DNA from: an uncultured archaeon
GTDB lineage: Archaea > Asgardarchaeota > Heimdallarchaeia > Heimdallarchaeales > Heimdallarchaeaceae
DNA length: 31,876 nucleotides
Assembly (NCBI GenBank): GCA_964549075.1
Contig: CAZJUB010000002.1
Location: forward strand, 51,515-83,390
Reading direction: 5' to 3'
Part shown: piece by piece, positions 8,747 through 17,016 of the stretch
Layout: each line of letters opens with the position of its first letter
How positions within the stretch are numbered: position 1 is the stretch's first letter
The notes under the pieces: model-generated
What the model was told of the DNA's origin: nothing
Databases searched by the model: none
Seen by the model: the letters and a program-made list of their open reading frames with translations, nothing else
Made by a program: the position numbers and the translations under genes

Positions 8747-9373
8747 CTACTCTAATTTTACTTTATTCAGTATATAATCTCGAAAATGTTTGTATGAAAT
8801 ATCAAAAGAATAGTAAGGCCAATTTTTATCTTCAGTAACGATAATCTCATTTGCTGTAGCTAGAGCATTTCCAATACCTAAACCAATTTCTCTTATATCT
8901 CTACTAACAAAATTCTCCCATTTTGCAAGATCTTGATCTTCTTGAGTTTTTTCCAGAAAATTTCCTGAAACTGTAAAACGATCAGGATTATTTACTCGGT
9001 TAAATCTAGTTCGTTGACACGCATGAAATCCTAGAACAATAACATTTTCTTTTCCAAATCTTTCTTTTGTATACTGTATTTCTGCGGGAGATTTAACACC
9101 ATTTAATATCAAAATTGATGAAGGTTCATATTTATCTTTTTCATAATCTAAAATAGTTTGAGTAAAAGCTGTAGGATTTTTTGATAAAAGAGATAAAATG
9201 ACTTTGGTTGTATTCTTGTGGTTCACTTCAAGATTTTGTCTTTTTAATTCATGGTAAACCGCATGACCAGTTTCGACCATTGGTATGTTTTCTTCCTCAC
9301 GTAACCTATGACCATGTGAAGATTTTCCACTTAATTGTAAGCCCACAAGTATGAATACTTTCATAGCACCCAA
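8747..9373 (-). CDS. P-loop nucleoside/nucleotide kinase, UPF0200 / dephospho-CoA-kinase-like (likely start ATG 9364)
   Basis: VGLQLSGKS P-loop, GVKSPAE, RDIREIGLGIGNALATAN typical of archaeal COG0237-like proteins. Confidence 0.7.
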   Translation of the reverse strand: MGAMKVFILVGLQLSGKSSHGHRLREEENIPMVETGHAVYHELKRQNLEVNHKNTTKVILSLLSKNPTAFTQTILDYEKDKYEPSSILILNGVKSPAEIQYTKERFGKENVIVLGFHACQRTRFNRVNNPDRFTVSGNFLEKTQEDQDLAKWENFVSRDIREIGLGIGNALATANEIIVTEDKNWPYYSFDISYKHFRDYILNKVKLE

Positions 9374-9455
9374 TTCAGTTTATCCCTCCTACACAAAAGG
9401 TTTTCGTATAAAAATTAAGAAACAAAATAAAAAGAAATTAAGAGTGGAGAACAAA

Positions 9456-9899
9456 TTACTCTAATAATTTGACTTTTCCACCAACAGCTTTTACTTTTTC
9501 AATAGCTCTTTCAGAAGCATATTCAACTGATATATTCATTATTTCAGTAATTTGCCCTTGAGCAAGAAGCTTAGAATATCCCAGTTCAGAGAGATTGATT
9601 TCATAGGCTTTTTCTTTTTTAGTTATTTTTTCTTCTTTCACTAAAGTAGGAAGCATTGCTTCTAAGTGAGAAAGATTAATAGTTGTAACATCCTCAACTA
9701 CAACTGAAGGTACAATAAAACCCCTTTTACCAATTGGAGGTCGTTTACCCTTAATTACAAGAAGTTTATGGTGCGATTTAGGTGCAGCATTCCCAACTCC
9801 ACCTCTCATACCGCTTTTACGATGGGTTCTTACAATACCCCAGCCATGAGTTCTGTAACCTCGTCTTTTTCTAACACGTTTTCTAGTTCTTACTGTCAT
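9456..9899 (-). CDS. rpl15: 50S ribosomal protein uL15
   Basis: RGYRTHGWG...RKSGMRGGVGNA; ASERAIEKVKAVGG. Confidence 0.96.
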   Translation of the reverse strand: MTVRTRKRVRKRRGYRTHGWGIVRTHRKSGMRGGVGNAAPKSHHKLLVIKGKRPPIGKRGFIVPSVVVEDVTTINLSHLEAMLPTLVKEEKITKKEKAYEINLSELGYSKLLAQGQITEIMNISVEYASERAIEKVKAVGGKVKLLE

Positions 9900-9904
9900 T
9901 TAGA

Positions 9905-10393
9905 TCAAGCCATCCTCACAATTAGTTCATTTATAGCTGAGCCTCTATAACCAAGTTCTCCCCCTTCAGAAAATCCTCTTTTGACAGTTTTATATCCTTT
10001 TCTAGCAGGATGTAGTCGAAAGAATCGTTTCATCTCTGGGACATCTTTGAAAAGTGCTTTACCTTCAAAAAACGCATTAGATAATGCTTTGATTGTTGTA
10101 TAAGGTGTATTGTCTTTAAGATATTTATTGGAGAGTTTTGTTTTACCAGTAAGCTCACCATGTTTTGATAAAACATGTTCAAGAGCTTTTTGATTAATTT
10201 CTCCCCAAGTAATGTAATCTTTAGCTTTTTTCAACATTCCTAGGTAAGAGGAAGTGTTAGGTACTAATGTCATATAGTTAGTTCTTTGAATATTCAGCAT
10301 CTTTAGATTCTCTTGTACTGAGAGGGGGACATTTATCCTACCTCTTAAGCGAATAACTGCTAGTAATTCTTGTTTATCCTCATTTTTACTCAT
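9905..10393 (-). CDS. rpl30: 50S ribosomal protein uL30 (long archaeal form)
   Basis: AVIRLRG, KDYITWGE, FRLHPARKG, GELGYRG. Confidence 0.96.
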   Translation of the reverse strand: MSKNEDKQELLAVIRLRGRINVPLSVQENLKMLNIQRTNYMTLVPNTSSYLGMLKKAKDYITWGEINQKALEHVLSKHGELTGKTKLSNKYLKDNTPYTTIKALSNAFFEGKALFKDVPEMKRFFRLHPARKGYKTVKRGFSEGGELGYRGSAINELIVRMA

Positions 10394-10405
10394 TCATTTC
10401 ACTTC

Positions 10406-11044
10406 CTAATCTGTCCAATCATATGGAGCCATAATTTCATAACTGTTCTTTAATGCTTCAAAAGTTGCTTTAGCAAAGTTCGATGTAGTTCTAGTTTCAC
10501 CAAAAGTTTTACTCCAAACATCTGCTATTCCTGCTAGCTCAAGAACTGTTTTTGCGATATTACCAACTACTAAACCGAGACCTCTTGGCGCAGGATATAG
10601 AATCACTTCAGTGGATCCAACTTTTCCAGAAACTTTGTAAGGTACAGTATGGAGAGTACCACATGAACACTCCCAAGAACCACATCCTCTTCTAACAGGT
10701 CTTATATTCAGTTTAGCGTTGACAATTGCTTTTTTAATGGCAGGACCAATTTCTTTCAATTTGGCTTCTCCTACACCAACATAACCATTCCTATTTCCTA
10801 CAACAACAGTTGCTCTGAATTTTCTTTTTCTACCAGCATCTGTTTGTCTTTGAACTAGACTAATATCGACAACATCATCTTCTAAGGTATCACCAAAGAG
10901 CATATCTACAATTTCTGGCTCAACAAGAGGTAATCCTTGTTGAAATATCTCATCAATTGTGGTAATTCGACCTTCTTTCACGAGTCTTCCTACTCGAGTT
11001 CTAGGTTCCCAATCTTCTAAATCCATATACATATCTTCGCTCAT
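10406..11044 (-). CDS. rps5: 30S ribosomal protein uS5
   Basis: [43 protein letters not shown]. Confidence 0.98.
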   Translation of the reverse strand: MSEDMYMDLEDWEPRTRVGRLVKEGRITTIDEIFQQGLPLVEPEIVDMLFGDTLEDDVVDISLVQRQTDAGRKRKFRATVVVGNRNGYVGVGEAKLKEIGPAIKKAIVNAKLNIRPVRRGCGSWECSCGTLHTVPYKVSGKVGSTEVILYPAPRGLGLVVGNIAKTVLELAGIADVWSKTFGETRTTSNFAKATFEALKNSYEIMAPYDWTD

Positions 11045-11058
11045 TTTCTTCTACCTCA

Positions 11059-11697
11059 TTATATAGTGTCAATTTTAGATTTAGTAGCATCAAACAATTT
11101 AGGCAAATCTTCGGGTTTTTTATTTGCTGCAAGATATTTAGAGAATATTTTTTCATATCTCTCTTTGTCATCTTTTGCTAATTGTTTTGCATAAGCTTTA
11201 ATGTGTTCACCTCTGATTCTATCTTCAGGGGGAACCATTTTTTCGTTATAAGGTACTATGATACCTGCATCAACAACGCCTTTTAAAGTAGCAAAAATTC
11301 TTGTACCTGGGTTAACAGCAAAAGTTCCTACATCTAAAATAGCTTCCTTAATTTTAGCTTTTACAGCTTTCTTACCAGCTAAATAACCAGTAAGATAAGC
11401 AGCTGGAAGATTAGAAGTAGCTATATCCCACCCATGTTGTTTCAAATCGTTAGATCTTACTTGAACAAAAGTCCTATCTCCACCTATTTTTGATTCAACA
11501 AACTGTACTAGTACTTGCTTGTTAGAAGGACGAGCAACAAAACGTATTTTACCAGACTTGAGGAGTCTTTTACGTTGTTGATAATCAGTCTTCATTTCTC
11601 TTCTTCTTCTGAAAGGTACTCTATAGAGTGGACCCATCTTTTTTTGTTTCTGTGGTAATTTACGTTTCTTTCTAAAACTTCTTCTTCGTCTTGACAT
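11059..11697 (-). CDS. rpl18: 50S ribosomal protein uL18 with basic N-terminal extension
   Basis: GPLYRVPFRRRREMKTDY, NLPAAYLTGYLAG, RIRGEHI. Confidence 0.96.
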   Translation of the reverse strand: MSRRRRSFRKKRKLPQKQKKMGPLYRVPFRRRREMKTDYQQRKRLLKSGKIRFVARPSNKQVLVQFVESKIGGDRTFVQVRSNDLKQHGWDIATSNLPAAYLTGYLAGKKAVKAKIKEAILDVGTFAVNPGTRIFATLKGVVDAGIIVPYNEKMVPPEDRIRGEHIKAYAKQLAKDDKERYEKIFSKYLAANKKPEDLPKLFDATKSKIDTI

Positions 11698-11709
11698 AGT
11701 TACACCTCA

Positions 11710-12174
11710 TTATAATTCTGGAAGACGTTTCTTTGCTAAACCATGTTCAGCAATATAGTTACGAAGATAACGTACAGAACGGAAAAGACCACCTTTGGAT
11801 TGAAGATAGAGCTTTCTATAATTGATTGTGTCTATATACCCTTCATCCCTTAGAGATTTCAGATATTTGCGTTGAGCTCTAATCTTATTTATCCACCTAT
11901 CTTTGCTCGAAAGACGAGAATATTTAGGTCCTTTACGACTTCCTGGTCCGATTCTTTGTCCCTTTTTCCTTTTGGCTGCTGCAGCTCTAGCTCTACCTCT
12001 ACTTATTCCTTTGACTCTGCGTTTTCTGATATCACCATCATCGATATGACGACGAACATCTTCGCGTGTAATAGCCAAAGCAACGTCGGGTAAGCTTTCA
12101 GGATCAATCTTTACACGATTTACTCCAACTTTAAGTATTCTAGCAGCGATTCTTCTTTGGGTTTTAACGTCCAT
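11710..12174 (-). CDS. rpl19e: 50S ribosomal protein eL19
   Basis: QRRIAARILKVG, AITREDVR, GPGSRKG, YRKLYLQSKGG. Confidence 0.97.
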   Translation of the reverse strand: MDVKTQRRIAARILKVGVNRVKIDPESLPDVALAITREDVRRHIDDGDIRKRRVKGISRGRARAAAAKRKKGQRIGPGSRKGPKYSRLSSKDRWINKIRAQRKYLKSLRDEGYIDTINYRKLYLQSKGGLFRSVRYLRNYIAEHGLAKKRLPEL

Positions 12175-12197
12175 AATTAAACCTCACTTTAGTTTCA

Positions 12198-12734
12198 TTA
12201 TGATGAAGAATCCTCCTCTGGTTCTTCATCTGATTCTAGGTCTTCATCCAAATCAAGGTCTTCTTCGAAATCGAATTCATCATCAAGGAGTTCATATTCT
12301 TCTTCAAGCAAACCTTCTTCGAGTACTTCTCCAAACTCTTCTATTCGAGCTGGAGGATTAATAATCTTTAATCCCAAATCGGAAGCTGTGTCTAAAATAG
12401 CCTGCCGTTTGCGAGCACCCACAGTATGCTTAATAATAATAGCTTCTGTTTCTTTATCTACCTCGTCAAGTTCGTAGATATTAGCAACATGAACTACCTG
12501 ATAACCCGAAGGATGAAGCCCTCTAACAGCTTTAGGTCCCCTATAACCAATGTTTACCATTGGTGGGTAACCTTTGCGTTTTTCAAGCATTTTATTGTCA
12601 ATACCCTTTGGTTTACGCCAACTTTTCTTGACCCTTTTGTAACGCCAACTTTCTTGACGTACAAACTTAGGTCTACGGGCACTGATTCGCTTGCGTTTTT
12701 CCAATAATTTTTTCTTATCAGCTGTCATAGGCAC
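12198..12734 (-). CDS. rpl32e: 50S ribosomal protein eL32 with acidic C-terminal tail (start GTG 12734 or ATG 12728)
   Basis: RPKFVRQES, WRKPKGIDNK, VRGLHPSG. Confidence 0.96.
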   Translation of the reverse strand: MPMTADKKKLLEKRKRISARRPKFVRQESWRYKRVKKSWRKPKGIDNKMLEKRKGYPPMVNIGYRGPKAVRGLHPSGYQVVHVANIYELDEVDKETEAIIIKHTVGARKRQAILDTASDLGLKIINPPARIEEFGEVLEEGLLEEEYELLDDEFDFEEDLDLDEDLESDEEPEEDSSS

Positions 12735-12777
12735 TCACAGTAGAATGTTACCTTGTAACGCTACCTTCCTTCTGGAG

Positions 12778-12801
12778 TTTTTAATACTTTTTATTGTTAA
12801 G
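12778..12801 (-). promoter_or_regulatory. BRE/TATA-like promoter upstream of eL32 (copy 1 of an identical 24-mer)
   Basis: Minus strand CTTAACAATAAAAAGTATTAAAAA; identical to 16847-16870. Confidence 0.65.
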
Positions 12802-12885
12802 AAATTAGAATTTGTCTTGTTATATGTTAGTTTAGCAAAACAAATTCAAACATTAAATTAATTGAAAAAATGAAATTAGATGTGG

Positions 12886-13437
12886 TTATTCTTTATGCCA
12901 CACCCAAACTCCATCCATAAAAGTTTCAGGATCTTTTCGTTTTTTACCACGTAATCTACATGCTTCCTGCATGTTAGCAGTTGTTTGACCAACGGCTTCC
13001 TTGTCTATCCCTTCAGTAATCACGTCATCCTTGTCGACAGACACTTTGGTTTCAGCACCAACAATTGGTACTATGATGTGTTTTCTTCCACCATAAAGAT
13101 TCTTAATGGTTACGGTTCTCTTATTATTATCTGGTTCAACAGTTATGGGAAAGTGACTAAAAATTATTTTTGATTTATAGACATATCCTTTTAGAGTACC
13201 TTTAACCATGTTATTGATGTATCCAACAACAGCAAGAGTAGCAGCTTTGCGTTTTTTGTTGATATAATAAGCTTTGATAAGAATTTTCTTTCCTTTTTTG
13301 TTGATATCAAAATCGACATTTTCAAAATTTCTTGTTAAAGTACCCTTAGGCCCTTCAACTGTAACAGCTTTGTTTTTTACAGATAATTTCACATCTTCGG
13401 GAATTTCGATTTCTTTTTCAATATAGAGTTGCTTCAT
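12886..13437 (-). CDS. rpl6: 50S ribosomal protein uL6
   Basis: VTVEGPKGTLTR, SHFPITV, KEAVGQTTAN, KDPETFMDGVWV. Confidence 0.96.
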   Translation of the reverse strand: MKQLYIEKEIEIPEDVKLSVKNKAVTVEGPKGTLTRNFENVDFDINKKGKKILIKAYYINKKRKAATLAVVGYINNMVKGTLKGYVYKSKIIFSHFPITVEPDNNKRTVTIKNLYGGRKHIIVPIVGAETKVSVDKDDVITEGIDKEAVGQTTANMQEACRLRGKKRKDPETFMDGVWVWHKE

Positions 13438-13448
13438 TACATTTCACC

Positions 13449-13838
13449 TTAGTAAATATAGGCTAACAAACGCCCACCTATTGCTTTCTCTTTAGCGTCT
13501 TCATGAGTCATTACTCCTTCAGGAGTGGTTATTATAAGTATTCCAAAACCTCTTGCAGGCAGGTACTTTCTTTCTTCATCTTCAAATTGGTCCTTTTTTA
13601 CTGGAAAACGTGGCTTAATAACACCGCATTTGTTTATACGTCCTAAAAGCTGTATCTCGAACATTCCACCTCGATGATTCTCAATAAACTCAAGTTCTCC
13701 AAGATATCCTGCTCGTTGAGCTGTTCTGAGGACGTTTGCAATCATTTTACTTGCTGGTTTGACAGTGACGGTCTTTTTACCTGTTTTTTCTGCGTTTAAA
13801 ATTGCAGACATTGCATCTGCTAAAGTATCCATTTGCAT
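13449..13838 (-). CDS. rps8: 30S ribosomal protein uS8
   Basis: DTLADAM, GRINKCGVIKPRF, YLPARGFG. Start re-called to ATG 13838 behind SD GGAGGT, because the track start overlaps uS14. Confidence 0.96.
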   Translation of the reverse strand: MQMDTLADAMSAILNAEKTGKKTVTVKPASKMIANVLRTAQRAGYLGELEFIENHRGGMFEIQLLGRINKCGVIKPRFPVKKDQFEDEERKYLPARGFGILIITTPEGVMTHEDAKEKAIGGRLLAYIY

Positions 13839-13851
13839 TTTTTTAACCTCC

Positions 13852-14019
13852 TTAGCCTCCACGACTTCCTGTCTTTTTAAAGCCGATTTTGGAATATACT
13901 TCTCTTATGCATCGTCGGCAAATAAATAAGCCACCACGTCTTATGACAGCTTTATGAGTTCCACAACGTCTGCATGTTCTTGATCCTTTTCCATATTTGA
14001 TTTCTCTTTTTTCTTGCAT
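13852..14019 (-). CDS. rps14: 30S ribosomal protein uS14 (Zn-binding, 55 aa)
   Basis: Not in ORF track. Manual translation [55 protein letters not shown]; between uL5 and uS8. Confidence 0.96.
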   Translation of the reverse strand: MQEKREIKYGKGSRTCRRCGTHKAVIRRGGLFICRRCIREVYSKIGFKKTGSRGG

Positions 14020-14028
14020 CTCCGTCAC

Positions 14029-14595
14029 CTACACAATCTTCATGTTAAATTCTGTTGTCACAAATTCCATTGCTTCTTCTGGCGTGACATACTGCTTCCT
14101 AGGTAGTTTCTTTCGTTTTCTTTGTCTGTACTTTACTCGATACCCTGGACGTTCAATTTTTACAATAACATTAAATCCAATTGTACCTAGCATTGGGTCA
14201 AATGGAGCATTTTCTATGTCAACATGTTCAGTGATTCCAAAAGCAAAGTTTCCTTGTTGATCAAAAGAACTTGATTTAACCTCATAATCATAAGCATAGA
14301 GTAATCTTCTCAGCATAGCTGATGCTTCTTCTCCTCGTAGTGTCACCACTGCAGCTATTGGTTCTCCTTTACGAATATTAAAACCTCTTATTGATTCCTT
14401 AGCTGGTCTATCAACAGGATTCTTATTTGTAATTTGTCTGAGTATCTCTTTAGATCTTTCATATCTTGGGCCAGATTCACCAACACAAGTATTGATGATT
14501 AATGCTTTTAATCTAGGTTTTTTCATAGGATGCTTTTCCCATTCTTCTGTGAATTTGGGAACGAATGCTTTTTGATCGATAACTTCTTCTGCCAT
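14029..14595 (-). CDS. rpl5: 50S ribosomal protein uL5
   Basis: HPMKKPRL, VGESG, FNIRKGEPIAAVVTLRG, GNFAFGITEH. Confidence 0.97.
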   Translation of the reverse strand: MAEEVIDQKAFVPKFTEEWEKHPMKKPRLKALIINTCVGESGPRYERSKEILRQITNKNPVDRPAKESIRGFNIRKGEPIAAVVTLRGEEASAMLRRLLYAYDYEVKSSSFDQQGNFAFGITEHVDIENAPFDPMLGTIGFNVIVKIERPGYRVKYRQRKRKKLPRKQYVTPEEAMEFVTTEFNMKIV

Positions 14596-14604
14596 TCAAA
14601 TCAC

Positions 14605-15351
14605 CTACTTCTCCTCTGCAATAGTCACACTTGGGGACTTATTTCCAACAACAAAAATGTATCTATAAAGAGTAACCAAGCGTTCTCCTTCTGAAGTAGT
14701 CAGTGTAACTGTCTTTGTTTTCTTAGTACCATGAGTACTAATTTCTTCAATAGACCCATGCTTACCCATCCATCTACCACTTGTTACAAAACCATAATTA
14801 CCAACCTTGAGTTCGTATTTCTCAAGAATCTTCTGATCTGGTAAAGATATTTTTATAGTATCATATGTTAGATAACTTGTTGTAGCGTTTTCTTCTTTAC
14901 TTAGAACTATGTTTCTTCCATCATGCAGATTAAGTTGGATTAAACCATCTTTTATTGCTGTTTTATTCTTAATCTGACACAATTTTTCGTTTATTTCATC
15001 TTCTTTAATTGAAACTGGTCTTAAACCTTTTTTTAGAGAGTATACCATTCTGTAGTATTTCTGCATTTTAGGAAACGAGATAACATCCATGAATCCTAAA
15101 GGATATTTTCTGTTTGTTTTTATTTTACCATCAATTACTACATTACGCTCAAATAAGATCCGTTTAACTTCGGTCATATTGCGTGCATAATGAAACATAT
15201 CTCTGAGTAATATTGCTACGGGGATACATTCGTTTGAAGCATGAGGACCAGGAGCTGGTTTCACAGTATACTTGAAAGCTTTTTTGTGAATTGGGATGTG
15301 TTTAGAAACAACATACCTCTTTAAGTGTCGTTTTCCTCCACCTTTGGTCAT
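14605..15351 (-). CDS. rps4e: 30S ribosomal protein eS4
   Basis: RHLKR, PAPGPH, KYPLGFMDVI, QLNLHDGRNI. Confidence 0.97.
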   Translation of the reverse strand: MTKGGGKRHLKRYVVSKHIPIHKKAFKYTVKPAPGPHASNECIPVAILLRDMFHYARNMTEVKRILFERNVVIDGKIKTNRKYPLGFMDVISFPKMQKYYRMVYSLKKGLRPVSIKEDEINEKLCQIKNKTAIKDGLIQLNLHDGRNIVLSKEENATTSYLTYDTIKISLPDQKILEKYELKVGNYGFVTSGRWMGKHGSIEEISTHGTKKTKTVTLTTSEGERLVTLYRYIFVVGNKSPSVTIAEEK

Positions 15352-15920
15352 GATGATTCCTCCTCTTGTTCATCAACAGATTCTTCGTCGAGTTCTTCCT
15401 CGAAATCATCTAATTCTATTTCTTCGAATTCTTCATCTAGTAATTCATCGCTTTCAAAATCATCTACAGCATCAATTTCTTCCATCGACTCCTCTTCATC
15501 GTCGAAAATACCTTCAGCTAATTCTTCTTCAGTAATTTCTTTCTTTGAACGTCTTTGAATCATTTCTCTTCTTCTTTTATCTCTAAGATTTAATGAAGTA
15601 ATGACTATGTTACTGGGATGAACAGGAAAGCTAACTATAGTTCCATCAGCTTTTTCTTTACTATGTCCTTCAACATGAACTGCATATTTTTGGGGAAGAA
15701 CACGTATAATTTTTCCTTTTATTTCTTCATCTTTTGAAATATTCTTGAAAACCACTACTTTATCATCTTTATGGATAGGAAGACGCCTGATCCCATATTT
15801 TTCTCTTAAAGCATGAGATAAAGGTGCTGTCATTCTGCGATTTCTTAAATGATATTCAGCTTGAAAGTAACTTTTTCTTTGTTTTCGAGGTTGTTTTGAT
15901 CGTGTTTGTTTCATTTTCAT
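15348..15920 (-). CDS. rpl24: 50S ribosomal protein uL24 with long acidic C-terminal tail (start may be 15914)
   Basis: SKQPRKQRK, APLSHALREKYG, EKADG, PVHPSNIVI. Confidence 0.95.
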   Translation of the reverse strand: MKMKQTRSKQPRKQRKSYFQAEYHLRNRRMTAPLSHALREKYGIRRLPIHKDDKVVVFKNISKDEEIKGKIIRVLPQKYAVHVEGHSKEKADGTIVSFPVHPSNIVITSLNLRDKRRREMIQRRSKKEITEEELAEGIFDDEEESMEEIDAVDDFESDELLDEEFEEIELDDFEEELDEESVDEQEEESS

Positions 15921-15924
15921 TCAC

Positions 15925-16341
15925 CTACACTATAATTGAAGCTTGATGAGCAATTCTTGGCCACCTTTCTGCTGCTTCTTTAGCAATAGGACCTCGAATT
16001 TCGCTTCCTATTGGATCACCAACTTCATTTGTCAAAACTACAGCATTTTCCTCGAATTCAATCCAATCGCCAGACCTTCGACGAAAAGCTAATCTTTGTC
16101 TCACAATCACAGCAGGAAAGATTTGTTTTCTCCTCTGTGGGGTTCCTTGTTTAACAGACACCATAACCATATCTGCGACTGATGCTTTGGGGATACGATT
16201 GAGCCTACCTCTATAATTCTTTACAGCTATAATCTCAACAATACGAGCTCCAGAATTATCTGCACACCTTAATCTTGAACCAACCATTAAACCCTTAGTA
16301 ATATGAACTTGGGGTCTACCAATAACTTTTCTCTTTGCCAT
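15925..16341 (-). CDS. rpl14: 50S ribosomal protein uL14
   Basis: CADNSGA, AVIVRQR, FEENAVV, IRGPIAKEAAERWPRIA. Confidence 0.98.
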   Translation of the reverse strand: MAKRKVIGRPQVHITKGLMVGSRLRCADNSGARIVEIIAVKNYRGRLNRIPKASVADMVMVSVKQGTPQRRKQIFPAVIVRQRLAFRRRSGDWIEFEENAVVLTNEVGDPIGSEIRGPIAKEAAERWPRIAHQASIIV

Positions 16342-16350
16342 TTTATCACC

Positions 16351-16683
16351 TTAATTTAATTTTTGAACTACGACAAAACCTACAGTTTTTGCAAGTGGTC
16401 TACATTCTGCAGCTACAACCATATCTCCTTCTTTGACATTCAAACAAGGTGGATTGTGAGCAGAAATTTTTCCGTGTGCACGCTCATACCTTTTGTATTT
16501 CTTTACATACTTTAGATAATCTCGCCTAATTACAACAGTTCTTCGCATTTTGTCTGAAACCACTCTACCAGTGAATATTCTTCCTCTTACAGGTAGTCTA
16601 CCATGAAAGGGGCATCTTGGATCATCACATTCAGTTGAAGGTGGTTCAACGCCTGGAATACCTATATTCCTTACTTTACTCAT
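16351..16683 (-). CDS. rps17: 30S ribosomal protein uS17
   Basis: [36 protein letters not shown]. Confidence 0.98.
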   Translation of the reverse strand: MSKVRNIGIPGVEPPSTECDDPRCPFHGRLPVRGRIFTGRVVSDKMRRTVVIRRDYLKYVKKYKRYERAHGKISAHNPPCLNVKEGDMVVAAECRPLAKTVGFVVVQKLN

Positions 16684-16830
16684 TTCTTTTCACCTCGGTA
16701 TAGCGTCTTATACCCATGTATTCCTTTGTGTTTAAAAACAAAGGAAACAATTTTAGCTTCAAATTTCTTCGAAGTAAGACGTCAGTACCTTTGCGTGTGC
16801 ATATTTCATGTGAATATATGCTTTCAGATT
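16684..16830 (-). promoter_or_regulatory. Long structured 5' leader of the uS17-uL6 operon (candidate r-leader/switch)
   Basis: Hairpins at 16697-16714, 16721-16746 and about 16799-16821; 7-nt complementarity 16704-16710 / 16775-16781; SD GAGGTGA at 16690-16696. Confidence 0.45.
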
Positions 16831-16846
16831 TCAGCCGGTTTCTTTC

Positions 16847-16870
16847 TTTTTAATACTTTTTATTGTTAAG
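16847..16870 (-). promoter_or_regulatory. BRE/TATA-like promoter upstream of uS17 (copy 2 of an identical 24-mer)
   Basis: Minus strand CTTAACAATAAAAAGTATTAAAAA; identical to 12778-12801. Confidence 0.65.
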
Positions 16871-17016
16871 TTTTTTTAGAATTAAGAACAAGTGGTTAAT
16901 ATTCTTTGACGATTGTCTTAAAAAGGTCTTACTTTTTGTGATTATGATTAAAGATCAAATAATTGGGTGTTAAATCACTCAATTTTTAAATCAAACCTAT
17001 CGACCTATACAAAAAG

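Noticed and set aside
15296-15558. Ser-rich + strand ORFs
   Set aside because: Antisense reading of the GAA/GAT-rich acidic tail of uL24.
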